The position numbers were made by a program, and so were the translations under genes. A stretch of DNA of 64,000 nt. Source: an uncultured Spirochaetota bacterium. GTDB lineage: Bacteria > Spirochaetota > Spirochaetia > SZUA-6 > Fen-1364. The stretch spans positions 192,001-256,000 of the forward strand of contig CAVTHO010000004.1 of assembly GCA_963734545.1 (NCBI GenBank), read 5' to 3'. The notes below the pieces were generated by a model. That model had not been told where the DNA came from. It saw only the letters and a list, made by a program, of their open reading frames with translations, and did not search any database. This document shows positions 9,430 through 22,574 of this stretch, one piece after another (the first letter of the stretch is position 1; each line of letters opens with the position of its first letter).

Positions 9430-11007
9430 ATGACGGACGCCCTCATCCGACTGGAGCACATCGTCAAGGTGTACCCGCCGAACGTCGTGGCGGTGGACGA
9501 CGTGTCCGTCGGCTTTCGACGCGGGGAGATCCACGCCGTTGTGGGGGAGAACGGCGCGGGCAAGAGCACCCTGATGAAGATCCTCTACGGCCTGGTCCCC
9601 CGGGACGCGGGGAGGATCTTCCTGGATTCCCGCCCGGTGAGCTTTCGCCAGCCCGCGGAAGCCATTGCGAGCGGCATCGGCATGGTTCACCAGGAGATCC
9701 TCCTGGTGCCCGAGTACACGGTCTGGCAGAACATCGTCCTGGGCCAGGAGCCCGTGCGGTGGCTCGGCCGCACCGACGTGGCGCGGGCCCGAAAGCTCGT
9801 GCGGAAAAAGATCGAAGAGTTCAGCTTCAGCCTGGACGCCGACGCCCGGGTGGAGGATATCTCCGTGGCAGCGCGCCAGAAGGTGGAGATCCTGAAGCTC
9901 CTGTACCGCAATGTCTCCGTGCTGATCCTGGACGAGCCCACCGCCGTGCTCACGCCGCAGGAGATCCCCCAGCTCTTCGGCGAGCTGGGCCGGCTGCGGG
10001 ACAACGGGCACACCATCCTCTTCATCTCCCACAGGCTGGACGAGGTATTGCGGCTCAGCAACAGGATCACCGTCATGCGCCGGGGAAAGATCGTGGGTAC
10101 CGTTGAAACGGCAGGCACCGGCAAGGAGGAGCTGGCGCGCATGATGGTGGGCAGGGACGTGGTGCTCACCTCGCGCCGCGCCGCCGTACCCGGCGGATTG
10201 GGCGCCGCCGTACCCGGCGGATTTGGCACGGCCCGAGAGGCCGGCCCCCCGGTGTGCGAAATCAAGAGCCTCTCCTACACTGACCCGGAAGGCCGCAGGA
10301 GACTGGCGGACATCAACCTGAGCGTGCGCGCCGGGGAGATCGTCGGAGTGGCGGGAGTCGAAGGAAACGGCCAGCTCGAGCTGGTGAACACCATAATCGG
10401 CCTGCTGGAGCCCACGGAGGGCCACGTCTACGTGAAGGGACAGGAGGTCACCGGCCTGCCCATCATCAAGAGGCGCTCACTCATCTCTTTTGTTCCACAA
10501 GACAGGGGCAGGATGGGCGCGAGCCTCGGCGCCTCTATCATGGAAAACGTGATCATGACGCATCACCGGCTGGATGGCCGGTTTTCCCAGTGGAAGGGCC
10601 TGCTCCTCAACTACGCGGTTTGCCCGGCGCTTCACCGACGAGCTGGAGCGGAAGTTCTCCGTGTCCATGGCGTCCAGCCTGGCGCCGTTCAGCTCCCTCT
10701 CCGGCGGCAATCAGCAGAAGGTGATCCTGGGCCGCGAGCTCCTCCTGGAAAGCCCGTTCGTTCTGCTGGATCAACCCACGCGAGGCCTCGACGTGGGCTC
10801 GATCGAATACGTGCACGGACAGATTCTCAGGATACGGGGGGAGGACAGGGCCATTCTCCTCGTGTCGGCCGACCTGGAGGAGCTCTTCCTCATTGCGGAC
10901 AGGATCGTCGTGCTGCACCGGGGCGAGCTGGTGGCGGATCTCCCCGTGGAAGGGACGAGTGTCGAGGAGGTGGGCTACCTCATGCTCGAGGGACGGGCCA
11001 GGGCGTC

Positions 11008-11011
<4 letters not shown>
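9430..11011 (+). CDS. CUT2/nucleoside ABC transporter ATP-binding protein (frameshift near 10618)
   Basis: Walker A 'GENGAGKST', 'LILDEPT', second domain 'GVEGNGQ'; 'LSGGNQQK' and 'QPTRGLDVG' continue in the 10574..11011 frame. Confidence 0.9.
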
Positions 11012-12092
<1,081 letters not shown>

Positions 12093-12096
<4 letters not shown>

Positions 12097-12983
12097 ACGT
12101 ATTCATCGGGTTGATAAACGGCACTCTCTCCGGAGCCACACCCATTCTCCTCGCCGCGCTCGGCGGCGCATTCACCTACTATGCGGGAGTGTTCAACATC
12201 GCGATGGAAGGAATGATGCTGACCGGCGCATTCGGCGCGGTCGTCGGCTCGTACTTCTTCCACTCCTGGCCCGTCGGCCTGGCTTTTGCCATCGCGTTTT
12301 CCGTGCTGATGGCGGTCATCTTCATCGTGTTCGCCGTTGTCCTGCGTGCGGACGAGTTCGTGACCGGCATTGCCCTCAACCTGTTCGCGGTCGGGGCAAC
12401 CACCTACCTCCTCCGCCAGACCTTTTCGGTCAAGGGCGTTTTCTCCAATCCCGGTATCATTCCCATTCCGAAGGTGGACATTCCACTCGTGGAGCAGGTC
12501 CCCTTTGTCGGGCAGATCCTCTCCGGCCAGAACCTCGTCGTGTATCTCACGGTCCTGGCGGTGTTCCTGACCGCCTACCTCGTGTTCGGCACCCGGTTCG
12601 GCCTGCGGCTGCGCGCCGCGGGCTTCAACAGTGCCTCCCTGGACTCCAGCGGCGTGTCCACGGCGCGCATCCGGGTCTCCTCTCTGCTTCTCTGCGGCGT
12701 GTTCTGCGGCGTGGCAGGCGCCTTCCTCTCCCTGGGCTACGTGCGGCTCTTCGCGGAAAACATGTCTGCCGGGCGCGGCTGGATTTCGCTTGCGGCCATC
12801 ATCCTCGTGAGCGGAAATCCATGGGGCATCGCCCTGATCTCCATTGTGTTCGGGTTCTTTGACGGCATGGGTCTTCTCATGCAGGGCTACTCTGTTCCGT
12901 CCCAGTTCACCTCCATGGTGCCCTACATCGCGACACTGGTGGCCCTGTACGTCTACTCGATTCGAAAAAAGGGAAAGGCATGA
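12093..12983 (+). CDS. Nucleoside ABC transporter permease
   Basis: '[11 protein letters not shown]', 'NIAMEGMML', '[11 protein letters not shown]', 'GRGWISLAA', 'PYIATL'. Confidence 0.9.
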
Positions 12984-14369
12984 GCGATAGGCCGCGCAGG
13001 GCGTGGGAGATCGACCGGGAGCTGCGCCTCTCCGCGGTGCCCCTGGACCGTCGTGTGAGCGCAAGTCAGTGGTATACGAGCAGCACGGTCTTTCCCACCG
13101 GTGACGACCTGACGGCGTCTGTTCTGGAATGCGCGCGTGCCGGGGTCCGGCGCGCCCGAGATCCCCTACGTGGAGATGGTGGAGTCGATGGCCAATCGCG
13201 GCTATGACATGGCGGAGGCGGAAGAGCTCCTCCCTGTGGGCATCGAGCTTGCCGGCCGCAAGGACACGGCCGGGCTCCGTGCCCTGACCGCGGAGCTCCT
13301 GGCCCGCATCTGGAGCGCACCGCGGAACCCTTCCTCCCCGTACTGGGGATATGAGCACCCCGAAGCCTGGCCGGAGGTAGAGGCTGCCATGCCGGGACGG
13401 CAGAACGACCGGTACGAGCGCGCCCTGCACGGCCTCGAGGAGAAGATCCTTGCGGGCTGGCGTGGGCAGCTTGCCGGCGGGTCTTTCGGCACGGCAATCG
13501 AAGGCTATCACACGGACCGGATCACCGAGGTCTACGGGACCATAGATCGGTACATCACAAAGCCGGAAACCGTCAACGATGACGTGGTCTACGAGCTGGT
13601 GTTCCTCGACGTGTTCGAAAGAAGGGGCCGCGCGCTCACCTCGCGCGAGCTGGCCCTGGAGTGGGTCAGGCAGATCCCGTTCGGCTGGTCGGCGGAGTGG
13701 ATTGCGCTGCACAACCTGAATGACGGGATTCTTCCGCCCCTGTCGGGCTCGTGGCGAAACCCCTACTCTGACTGGATCGGCGCGCAGATGCGCGGAATGG
13801 TCTGCGGCATGCTGGCGCCTGGGTGGCCGCGGGAGGCGGCCCGGCTTGCGCACCTGGACGGCGTAATCTCGCACGCGGCAAACGGCGTGTATGGAGAGAT
13901 CTTCGCCGCAGTGTTGACCTCGCTTTCTTTCCTGCGGACAGACCCCAGGACCCTCCTGGAGGAAGCTGCGCACTATCTGCCTGCCCGGAGCGAGTACGCC
14001 GATGTGGTGAAGCGGTGCCTCCTGGTGGTGGAAAGGGATCCCGATCCTGCCGCAGCATGGCGGACGCTCGACCGCATGTTCGAGCAGTACAACTGGATCC
14101 ACGCCTACCCCAACATCGCCGCGGACATTCTTGCGCTGTGGTTCGGGCAGGGCGACATGACCCGTTCCTTCTCCCTGCTAGCGCACGCGGGGCTGGACGT
14201 GGACTGCAACGCGGGCCTGGTGGGCAATGTCCTCGGCATCATGGGCGGAGTGCCCGACTCCTGGGCCGGTCCCCTGGGAGACACGCTCGAGACCTACTTG
14301 AAGGGAAAGGAAAAGCTTTCGATCATGAGCCTGGCGGCGCGCACGGCGCGGCTGGCGCGCCGGGAATAG
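12980..14369 (+). CDS. ADP-ribosylglycohydrolase (DraG/ARH) family protein (frameshift near 13115)
   Basis: '[12 protein letters not shown]', 'VNDD', 'WIGAQMR', 'SHAANGVYG', 'GLDVDCNAG'; N-terminus starts at ATG 12980 in another frame. Confidence 0.8.
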
Positions 14370-14393
14370 GCCCGGCGGGAACAGGAGGCAAGA

Positions 14394-14882
14394 ATGAAGG
14401 CGCTCGTTCTTTTCAGAAGCTACTACGGCAACACGAAGCAGGTGGCGGAAGCAATGTCCCGACAGATCCAGGAGCTCGGTCACGAGTCATCAGTCCAGGA
14501 TGTGCGGCGGAAGCTGCCGGACCTGCAGGGCATCGACCTCATTCTGATCGGAGCCCCGACCCGGATGGCCCGGGTCAGTCTCAGGGCCCGGGGTGTTCTG
14601 AAAACTCTCCGAAGGAGAGGATACGGGCGGAAACTGGTGGCGATATTCGACACGTACGGGCCTGTGCCGACAAAACCGGAGGAAATGGAGGAATCCAGGA
14701 AATGGCTGTTCCCCGGCGCGGCCGGCATCATGGAGAAAACGGCAAAGGACCGGGGTTTGAACGTCTACGGGAAAACCTTTCGGTGCGAGGTCCTGGGAAT
14801 GAAAGGCCCTGTCAAGGAGCACGAGCAGGAGAAGGCTGCCGCATTCGCAAAAGAGCTGATTTCCTCCATCAGCCGCATGTGA
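14394..14882 (+). CDS. Flavodoxin-like protein
   Basis: '[15 protein letters not shown]', 'LILIGAPT', 'AIFDTY'; AGGAGG RBS. Confidence 0.8.
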   Translation: MKALVLFRSYYGNTKQVAEAMSRQIQELGHESSVQDVRRKLPDLQGIDLILIGAPTRMARVSLRARGVLKTLRRRGYGRKLVAIFDTYGPVPTKPEEMEESRKWLFPGAAGIMEKTAKDRGLNVYGKTFRCEVLGMKGPVKEHEQEKAAAFAKELISSISRM

Positions 14883-16374
14883 GGTCGAGCGCGACGACGG
14901 ACCGGGCCGGCAGCGTCACGACAAGCGTGCCGCGGGAAACGGTGACCCCATCGAAAGGGACCGGCGTGACCGCGTCTGGCCGCTCGAAGGTGTTGCGGCT
15001 GTCCGTGTCGGGTCCCGTCAGGATCCTCCCCACTGCCTTCCGGGCTTCGGAACCCCGCAGCTCCACGCGCAGCTCCGCCGCCTCCTTGTGGTGGAGGTTG
15101 CAGAGGGTGAGGAGAATCTTCTCCGAGCCGTTGCGCGACGCCGAGGCGCTGATCCGCGGCATCGTCTTCCCTTCCCACTCGATGGGCGCGTCCTCGAGCC
15201 AGACGGGCAGCGCGACCGCCTCCTGATGGGGCGCGTACATCTCGAACACGTGGTAGGTCGGCGTGAGAATCATCTTCGGCCCGTCGGTGAGGATCATGGC
15301 CTGGAGCACGTTGACGGTCTGGGCGATGTTGGCCACGCGGAGGCGGTCCGATCTGCGGTTGAAGATGTTCAGCGTCAGGCCCGCGACGAGCGCGTCCCTG
15401 ATCGTATTCTGCTGGTAGAGAAAGCCGGGGTTCGTGCCCGGCTCCGCGGTGTGCCATGTGCCCCACTCGTCCATCACCATGGCCACCCTTTTCTGCGGAT
15501 CGTAGCGGTCCATGATCGTCGCCGTCCTGTCGATGAAACCTTCAATGCCGAGCGCGTTTCTCAAGATCGCGTACCAATCGGAGACGGGGAATCCGGTCGA
15601 GGGTCCCTTGTCTGCCCAGACCGCGCCCTTCACCGTGTAGTAGTGGACGGAAAGCCCGTCCATCAGCGCGCCGGCCTCGCGCATGAGGGTCTCGTTCCAG
15701 CCGTCGTCGAATCCGCAGGCCACCTTGAAGAGCTTCCTGCCTCCGAAGTGCCGGCAATACCCCTGGAACTTCCTGAACTCCCACGCATACTGCAGGGCGG
15801 TCATGGTGCCGCCGCATCCCCAGTTCTCATTGCCGACCCCCCAGAAGGTGGCGTCCCACGGCTCTTCCCGCCCGTTGGCGCGCCTCATGTCGGCCATCGG
15901 GCTCTTGCCGGGCATGGTGATGTATTCGAGCCATTCAGCCATCTCGCGGACCGTTCCGGACCCGACGTTGCCGCAGATGTAAGGTTCCGTCCCGACCAGG
16001 GAACAGAAATCCAGGAACTCGTGGGTGCCGAAGTGATTGTTCTCCGTTGTGCCGCCCCAGTGGATGTTCACGATGCTCGGGCGGCCGGACCGGAGACCGA
16101 TACCGTCCTTCCAGTGGTAGGTATCGGCGAAGCATCCTCCCGGCCAGCGGAGGTTCGGCATCCGAAGCTTCGAGAGCGCGGCGATGACGTCGTTTCTCGC
16201 CCCCCTCGTGTTCGGAATTGGAGATCCCTCGCCCACCCATATCCCCTCGTAAATGCACCTTCCCAGGTGCTCCGCGAAATGTCCATACACGTGTCGGGAG
16301 ATCTTGTGCCCGCCCCTGTCAACGTCCACGAACAATCGTTCCATGTTCCCGCTCCTTGTTTCATACTCAGCCAT
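14869..16374 (-). CDS. Alpha-L-arabinofuranosidase, GH51 (cytoplasmic)
   Basis: '[15 protein letters not shown]', 'RWPGGCFAD', acid/base 'GNENWGCGG', nucleophile 'DEWG', '[11 protein letters not shown]'. Confidence 0.92.
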   Translation of the reverse strand: MAEYETRSGNMERLFVDVDRGGHKISRHVYGHFAEHLGRCIYEGIWVGEGSPIPNTRGARNDVIAALSKLRMPNLRWPGGCFADTYHWKDGIGLRSGRPSIVNIHWGGTTENNHFGTHEFLDFCSLVGTEPYICGNVGSGTVREMAEWLEYITMPGKSPMADMRRANGREEPWDATFWGVGNENWGCGGTMTALQYAWEFRKFQGYCRHFGGRKLFKVACGFDDGWNETLMREAGALMDGLSVHYYTVKGAVWADKGPSTGFPVSDWYAILRNALGIEGFIDRTATIMDRYDPQKRVAMVMDEWGTWHTAEPGTNPGFLYQQNTIRDALVAGLTLNIFNRRSDRLRVANIAQTVNVLQAMILTDGPKMILTPTYHVFEMYAPHQEAVALPVWLEDAPIEWEGKTMPRISASASRNGSEKILLTLCNLHHKEAAELRVELRGSEARKAVGRILTGPDTDSRNTFERPDAVTPVPFDGVTVSRGTLVVTLPARSVVALDLTCG

Positions 16375-16532
16375 TATATCAGTCCTGGCAATACGCTCCC
16401 GGTATTTTTCTTGACAAGACAGCTAAAACCGGCGTACAAGACAAGGTACGTATCAGATGGTTTGATACATTTGGTTCAGGCTATTTGGAACAAGGGATGA
16501 AGGCTTCATCCTCTAGAAAGCAAGGAGGGAAT

Positions 16533-18489
16533 ATGCGGAAGAGACTATGGTTGGTGATCTGTACTTTGGTCGCATTCGGCGTGACCAGTTTGTACGCCGA
16601 TATCGACCCGAACAAGGAGGTCGTACCAGGCGTCAAGCGCGGCGATACGATCATCATCGAGGACCCGACCCCCGGCGCGGCTTTTTCCAACCCCGACAGC
16701 TTCAACCGGTGGTCCTGCTGGGCAGGAGGCGGGGGTGGCTGGTCCTACGGAATTCAGCAGCTCGGGCTGGACACCCTCTGGTTCATCGATCCGGACGCGG
16801 GTATTCCCCGTCCCGGCGTGAAGGACTCCGTCTGGCACAACAGCCTCGCGGCCGCCAAGCCGATCTACAACAAGGACTACACGCAGATGACCGCGAAGCT
16901 GAGGAAAGGCATCCTGTGGAGCGACGGCGTGGAGTTCACATCGGCCGACGTCAAGTACACGGTGGAGACTCCTGGCCCAGAACCCCACGATGATCTTCGG
17001 CTCGTCCTTCAAGGTATCCGTCAAGAGCGTCGAAACGCCGGACAAGTACACGGTTGTCTTCAACCTCAATGCGCCCAACAGCCGCTTCCACCGCAACTTC
17101 ACGGTGCGCTGGCAGGGCTGCTTCATCATGCCGAAGCACGTCTGGGAGAAGGCGGTCACGAAGCCCGGCGATGCGATCACCTACAATTTCAACCCGCCGG
17201 TGACCCTCGGAGCGTACGTCCTCAAGGACTATGACAAGCAGGGCAAGTGGTACCTCTGGGAGCGGCGCGCGGACTGGAACAAGACGAGCATCGCGGATTT
17301 CGGCATGCCGGTGCCCAAGTATGCGATGTACCTTACGGACCTCCCCAACGACAAGAAGGTCATCATGCAGCTCAGTCATGACCTCGACATGGTCCACGAG
17401 GTGACCCCAGAGGGCATGGTCCAGCTCGCCAAGAGCAAGAGCAACACCAACTGGTTCCAGGGATTTCCCTTCGGACATCCGGACCCGACCCTCATCTCCA
17501 TCCTGATGAACAACGCGAGAGACCCCTTCGACAAGGCCGATGTTCGCTGGGCCCTCGCGCTTGCCACCGACGTTGTGAAGGCAGCAATGGGAAGCTACAA
17601 TGGGGCTGTCCAGATCTCGCCCATTCTGTACCCGCCCACGGGCACCTCGCGGAAATACTACTTCGATCCCCTGCAGCCCTTCCTCAAGGATTTCACGATC
17701 GACGCGGGAAAGGCCGGCAAGATAAAGCCCTATGACACCACCATTGCGCAGAAGATCGCCGACGCGGCGCGGCCGCAGTTCGGAGACCAGGTTCCCAAGG
17801 CACCCAACCGCATCGCGGGCATGATCGGCCAGGGTTGGTGGAAGTACGATCCCAAGGCCGCCGCTGCGCTTCTGGAGAAGAACGGCTTTACCCAGAAGGG
17901 CGGCAAGTGGTACAAGCCCAACGGGGAACAGTTCAAGATCGTCCTGCAGAACCAGGGCCCGGACCGGCCGATCCTCCAGCGCCTCACCACGACAATCGCG
18001 GAGCTGTGGACGAACTTCGGCATTGAAACGACCGCCATCTACTCCCAGGACGACGGCACCAACCGCAACCTCGGCAATTTCGACGGTTACGTGTTCTGGA
18101 ACATCGAGACCTGGGGCGGTCACCCCGACATGAGCTACTTCATCGAAGCGTTGAGCTCCAAGTTCTACACGCCCGTCGGGGAGGTGCACAACGGCCCCAA
18201 CCCGATCCGGTACAAGAACGCGGAGCAGGACAGGATCATCGAGGAGATCCTCAAGTCCGACTTCGATTCGCAGAAGAACATCGATCTCGGGATCCAGTGG
18301 CTGAAGCTCATGGTCAAGGACATGCCGGAGATCCCCTTGTTTGCGTACAACGTGTTCGTCTCCCAGGACAACACCTACTGGACCGGCTACCCGAATTACG
18401 ATAAGCCGTACGCGAACCCCGTGACAAACTGGACGAACGGCCGTTATATCTTCACGCAGCTCAAGCAGATGCTGCCGCCCAAGAAATAG
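16533..18489 (+). CDS. Family 5 (Opp/Dpp-type) ABC substrate-binding protein, likely for oligosaccharides (frameshift near 16968)
   Basis: AAGGAGG RBS and signal peptide; 'KLRKGILWSDGVEFTSADVKYT'; continues in the 16990..18489 frame ('DVRWALALA', 'KDMPEIPL'). Confidence 0.85.
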
Positions 18490-18515
18490 CGGTATCTGGG
18501 AAGTAGTCCATCACT

Positions 18516-18543
18516 GAGCGCCCCCGCCCCCGCGGGGGCGCTC
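18516..18543 (+). terminator. GC-rich stem-loop after the SBP gene (partial terminator or mRNA stabiliser)
   Basis: GAGCGCCCCCG...CGGGGGCGCTC inverted repeat with no U-tract. Confidence 0.5.
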
Positions 18544-18580
18544 GTCATCAATCCGACCCTGTCGGAGTCCAGGGGGTTCC

Positions 18581-19609
18581 ATGCCGAACCGAGGCGTCTT
18601 CTCCAAATCGTTCTTCAAATACCTGGCGCAGCGCGTTGGACAGTGCATCCTGGTCGTCTTCATTGGCATCACCCTGACGTTCCTGCTTCCGCGCCTGGCG
18701 CCGACGAACCCGATCGAGATGAAAATTGACCAGATGATGTCGGGTCCTATGAGGGTGTACCCGGAGGCCGTCGCGGCCTTCCGGCAGGCCATGTACGACC
18801 TGTACGGCCTCAAGGGAAATCTCGGCGAGCAGTATATCGCAACCTGGGCGCGGTTCTTCCGCGGCGACCTCGGTCCCTCCCTCACCACATATCCACGGCC
18901 GGTGAGCCATCTCATTCGACGAGCCATGCCCTGGACAATCGGCCTGCTTTTGACAACCGCAATCCTCTCCTGGCTGGCCGGCAATCTGCTCGGCGGGCTC
19001 GCCGGCTACCATTCCGACAAGCGCTGGACGAAATGGGTCGAGCTGACCGCGAACTGCATCCGCCCGATCCCTTACTATATCTTCGCCTTCGTCCTGCTGA
19101 TCGTCTTCTGCTTTCTGGTGCCGATCTTCCCAAGCTCGGATGCATACGACCGAGGCGTGAAGGAAGGACTCAATCTGAGGTTCATTGTGAGCGTCCTCTA
19201 TCACACCTTCCTTCCGGCACTGTCCCTCGTTCTTACCGGCGTGGGCGGTTGGCTCCTGGGCATGCGCGCCCTGGTGTCGAACATCGTTTCCGAGGACTAC
19301 GTTCAGTATGCCGAGTTCGCCGGGGTCCGCAAGAGCACGATCCTCGGGAAATACGTCATGCGCAACGCGCTCCTCCCGCAGCTCACGGGGCTGGGACTGG
19401 GCCTGGGGACCATCTTTTCGGGCGCCCTGATCACCGAGTATGTCTTCGGAATACCCGGCATTGGCTTGATCTCCTACAGGGCGATCGTGAATTTCGACTA
19501 CAGCCTGATCATGGGCATCTCCATGTTTTCGATCGTGGGAGTCTCGGTAGCGGTGCTCATCGTGGATCTGCTCTACCCCTTCTTCGACCCACGCGTGCGC
19601 CTTCAATAG
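18581..19609 (+). CDS. Opp/Dpp-type ABC permease (DppB-like)
   Basis: 'RGDLGPS', EAA-like 'EDYVQYAEFAGV', 'RNALLP', 'DPRVR'. Confidence 0.9.
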   Translation: MPNRGVFSKSFFKYLAQRVGQCILVVFIGITLTFLLPRLAPTNPIEMKIDQMMSGPMRVYPEAVAAFRQAMYDLYGLKGNLGEQYIATWARFFRGDLGPSLTTYPRPVSHLIRRAMPWTIGLLLTTAILSWLAGNLLGGLAGYHSDKRWTKWVELTANCIRPIPYYIFAFVLLIVFCFLVPIFPSSDAYDRGVKEGLNLRFIVSVLYHTFLPALSLVLTGVGGWLLGMRALVSNIVSEDYVQYAEFAGVRKSTILGKYVMRNALLPQLTGLGLGLGTIFSGALITEYVFGIPGIGLISYRAIVNFDYSLIMGISMFSIVGVSVAVLIVDLLYPFFDPRVRLQ

Positions 19610-19620
19610 GGGAAACCGCA

Positions 19621-20484
19621 ATGCGCAAAGCCTTCTCCGGCCTCTGGAAGACCTCCGGCTATTTCCGCTTCGGCATCGTCTCCATCTCCTTTGCCGTTCT
19701 CATGTTCGTCCTGTCGTTTTTCTCGCCGTACAAGCCGATGGAGTCCTTCGTGGTCCCGAACAACCTGCCGCCGTCCCTCGCTCACTTGTTCGGCACCACG
19801 TCGCGCGGGCAGGATCTGTTCTGGCAGATGACGGTTGCCCTGCGCAATTCGCTGCTGTTCGGCGCGGTGACCGCCGCGCTCTCGCGGGTCATCGCGATAT
19901 GGGTCGGGATGTACGCCGGCTACCGGGGCGGTCTCATCGACAAGGCGATAATGGCGGTCAACGACAGCTTCATCATCCTGCCGGTGCTGCCGATCCTGCT
20001 CCTGGTGCAGTTCCTGGTCCGGGAGAAGATGAACTGGTTCTACATGGCGTCCATGCTTGCCCTGCTGGGCTGGCCCTACGATGCCCGGCTCATCCGCGCC
20101 CAGGTCCTGAGCCTCAAGGAACGCATCTTCTCGGAAACGGCGGTGTTCTGCGGCATGCCAACCAGGCGCATCATCATCAAGGAGCATTTGCCCTACGTGA
20201 TGCCCATCATCTTCGCCACCACCATCAACAACTTCCTCTGGTCGATCGGTCTGGAGGTCACGCTCTCCATTCTTGGCCTTACAAACATCAACAACGCCTC
20301 GATCGGAGTGGTGATCTTCTGGGCCAACCAGCACCAGGCAATGATCTCGGGCACCTGGTGGTGGCTGGCCGCCCCGGTGGGCATTACCGTCTTCGTCTTT
20401 GCGGGCCTGTACCTGCTCGCAGTGGCCCTGAACGAGTACATCGATCCTCGCACGAGGCTCAGCATGAAGGCGGTCGCGGCATGA
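19621..20484 (+). CDS. Opp/Dpp-type ABC permease (DppC-like)
   Basis: ATG 19621; 'PPSLAHLFGTTSRGQDLF', 'ARLIRAQVLSLKER', 'WWWLAAP'. Confidence 0.9.
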   Translation: MRKAFSGLWKTSGYFRFGIVSISFAVLMFVLSFFSPYKPMESFVVPNNLPPSLAHLFGTTSRGQDLFWQMTVALRNSLLFGAVTAALSRVIAIWVGMYAGYRGGLIDKAIMAVNDSFIILPVLPILLLVQFLVREKMNWFYMASMLALLGWPYDARLIRAQVLSLKERIFSETAVFCGMPTRRIIIKEHLPYVMPIIFATTINNFLWSIGLEVTLSILGLTNINNASIGVVIFWANQHQAMISGTWWWLAAPVGITVFVFAGLYLLAVALNEYIDPRTRLSMKAVAA

Positions 20485-21468
20485 CGACGGAAGTGCTTCG
20501 TACGCAACGCGCTTCATGCCTCCTACGTGACGCACCTGTTCGGCACGGATCGCGAGGTCAGGGTCGTCGAGGACGTGAGTCTTTCGATACGGCGCAACGA
20601 GGTCTTCGGGATCGCCGGAGAGTCCGGCTGCGGCAAGACGACGCTCCTGAAGCTCGTGGCGGGCTTCTGCCGGCCTCCGTTGTTCGTCCAGTCGGGTTCG
20701 GTCGAGTTCGTCGGCGAACGGGGAAACGTTCTGTCCCTGCTGGAGGCAAGCCCTGACGAGCTCTACGGGATCCGTTGGCGCCAGATTTCCTACATCATGC
20801 AGGGCTCGATGAACGTGCTCAATCCGGTCCGCAAGGTCTACAAGAGCTTCCTCGATTTTGCCTACCCCCACATGGGCCGAATGACCGAACACGAGTTCCG
20901 CATGGTGGTGATCGATCACCTGGGCAAGCTCCGACTCGGCAGAGAGGTCCTCAACTCCTTTCCGCACGAGTTGTCCGGAGGCATGCGGCAGCGCGTCACG
21001 ATCGGTCTCGCCACCATCTGCAAGCCTTCGATCATCATCGCGGACGAGCCCACCACCGCGCTGGACGTGGTCATCCAGCGCGAAACCCTCGGCCTCATGA
21101 AACGGATCCAGCGGGAGCTCGCCCTCACGATCGTCCTCGTGACCCATGACCTTGCCGTGCATGCCAACATGGCGGATCGGATTGCGATCATGTACGCGGG
21201 AACCATCGTCGAGGAGGGCTCGACGGCGGATATTTTCGAGAAACCTGCCCATCCGTATACGAAGCACCTGATCGGGTCCCTGCCGCGAATCGGGGACAAG
21301 GAGCGCCGGGGCTTCCTCAAGGGCGCTCCGCCCAACCTGGCGGCGCCCCCGAGCGGGTGCCGCTTCCATCCCCGCTGCCCCATCGCCGTCGCGCGATGTG
21401 CGGTGGAGGCACCGACGCTCAAGCCGTGCGCGGGCGGGACGAGGGCCGCATGCTTCCTGGCGGAATAG
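20481..21468 (+). CDS. Opp/Dpp-type ABC ATPase (DppD-like; frameshift near 20510)
   Basis: 'GESGCGKT', 'PHELSGGMRQR', 'ADEPTTALD', 'GCRFHPRC'; ATG 20481 is in another frame. Confidence 0.9.
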
Positions 21469-21484
21469 GACGTTGGGGGACCCT

Positions 21485-22474
21485 GTGAGCGACACTGCTG
21501 AGCTTCTCTCCGTTCGAGGCGCGAAGAAGGTCTTCCGGCTGGGAGGTATCCTGGGCAAGGAGATCGTGGCCGTCAACGAGGTGAGCTTTTCCCTCCTCAA
21601 GGACAAGCCTGATATCTTCTCGATCATCGGTGAATCGGGGTCCGGCAAGACAACCCTCTCGCGCATGATCCTGCGCCTCCTCCTGCCCGATTCGGGCACC
21701 ATCGAGCTGAACGGGAAGGACGTCCATGCGATAAGGGGGCGGCGCGCGATCGTCGAGTACATGCGCAACGTCCAACCGATCTTTCAGAATCCATTCGAGA
21801 CTTTCAATCCCCTCGACCGTGTCGAGGGGTTCCTCCAGGAGACCGCGAAGAATTACCATACCGGCGAATCGAGACCGCAGTCGCGGGACAGGGTGGAGAT
21901 GGCGTTGAACGTCGTAGGGCTGTCTCTCTCCGAAGTGGGCGGCCGCTACCCCCACGAGCTCTCCGGCGGCCAGCTTCAGCGCGCCTCCATTGCCCGGGCG
22001 ATCATCCCGGGCCCCAGCATCCTTGTGGCGGACGAGCCGGTCTCCATGGTGGATGCATCCCTGCGGATGAGCATCGTCAACCTGTTCCAGGACCTCAAGA
22101 ACCGGCTCGGCACTTCGATCATCTACATCACACACGACCTGGCCACCGCGTACTACATCTCGAACAGGATCGCCATCATCCACAAGGGCTTCTTCGTCGA
22201 GCAGGGAGACACGGCGCAGATCCTCACGGCTCCGCGACACCCCTACACAAAGCTCCTTGTCCGGTCCGCTCTGGATCCCCGGCCGGGCGCGACCTCTCTG
22301 GCCGATTCAGAGGCGGTGGCGGGAGGCGAGGAGGAGTACCTGGCACCGGGCTGCAAGTTCGCCGCGCGGTGTCCTCACGTTATGGACGTATGCCGACAAA
22401 GGGTTCCTCCGCCTGTCACGGTGGAGGGCCGGCAGGTCCGCTGCTTCCTCTATGGCGGGACTGATACGCGCTAG
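21485..22474 (+). CDS. Opp/Dpp-type ABC ATPase (DppF-like)
   Basis: GTG 21485; 'GESGSGKT', 'PHELSGGQLQR', 'ADEPVSMVD', 'GCKFAARC'. Confidence 0.9.
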   Translation: MSDTAELLSVRGAKKVFRLGGILGKEIVAVNEVSFSLLKDKPDIFSIIGESGSGKTTLSRMILRLLLPDSGTIELNGKDVHAIRGRRAIVEYMRNVQPIFQNPFETFNPLDRVEGFLQETAKNYHTGESRPQSRDRVEMALNVVGLSLSEVGGRYPHELSGGQLQRASIARAIIPGPSILVADEPVSMVDASLRMSIVNLFQDLKNRLGTSIIYITHDLATAYYISNRIAIIHKGFFVEQGDTAQILTAPRHPYTKLLVRSALDPRPGATSLADSEAVAGGEEEYLAPGCKFAARCPHVMDVCRQRVPPPVTVEGRQVRCFLYGGTDTR

Positions 22475-22574
22475 AGTGATCCTGGACAAAGAGTATCGAA
22501 TTGGTGACGCGGACAAACCGCGGGGAGTGCTACTTGAGCTCCATTCGGTATATGGAGATCGACCAGGCCGGTAG
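22452..22574 (+). pseudogene. Probable 5' remnant of an AbfA-type GH51 gene
   Basis: MAGLIRARVILDKEYRIGDADK resembles the first residues of AbfA-type arabinofuranosidases, then diverges and stops after 40 codons. Confidence 0.45.

Noticed and set aside
16450-16468. GTATCA-N7-TGATAC inverted repeat upstream of the Opp-type operon
   Set aside because: Plausible operator, but single and short with no cognate regulator adjacent, so not supportable
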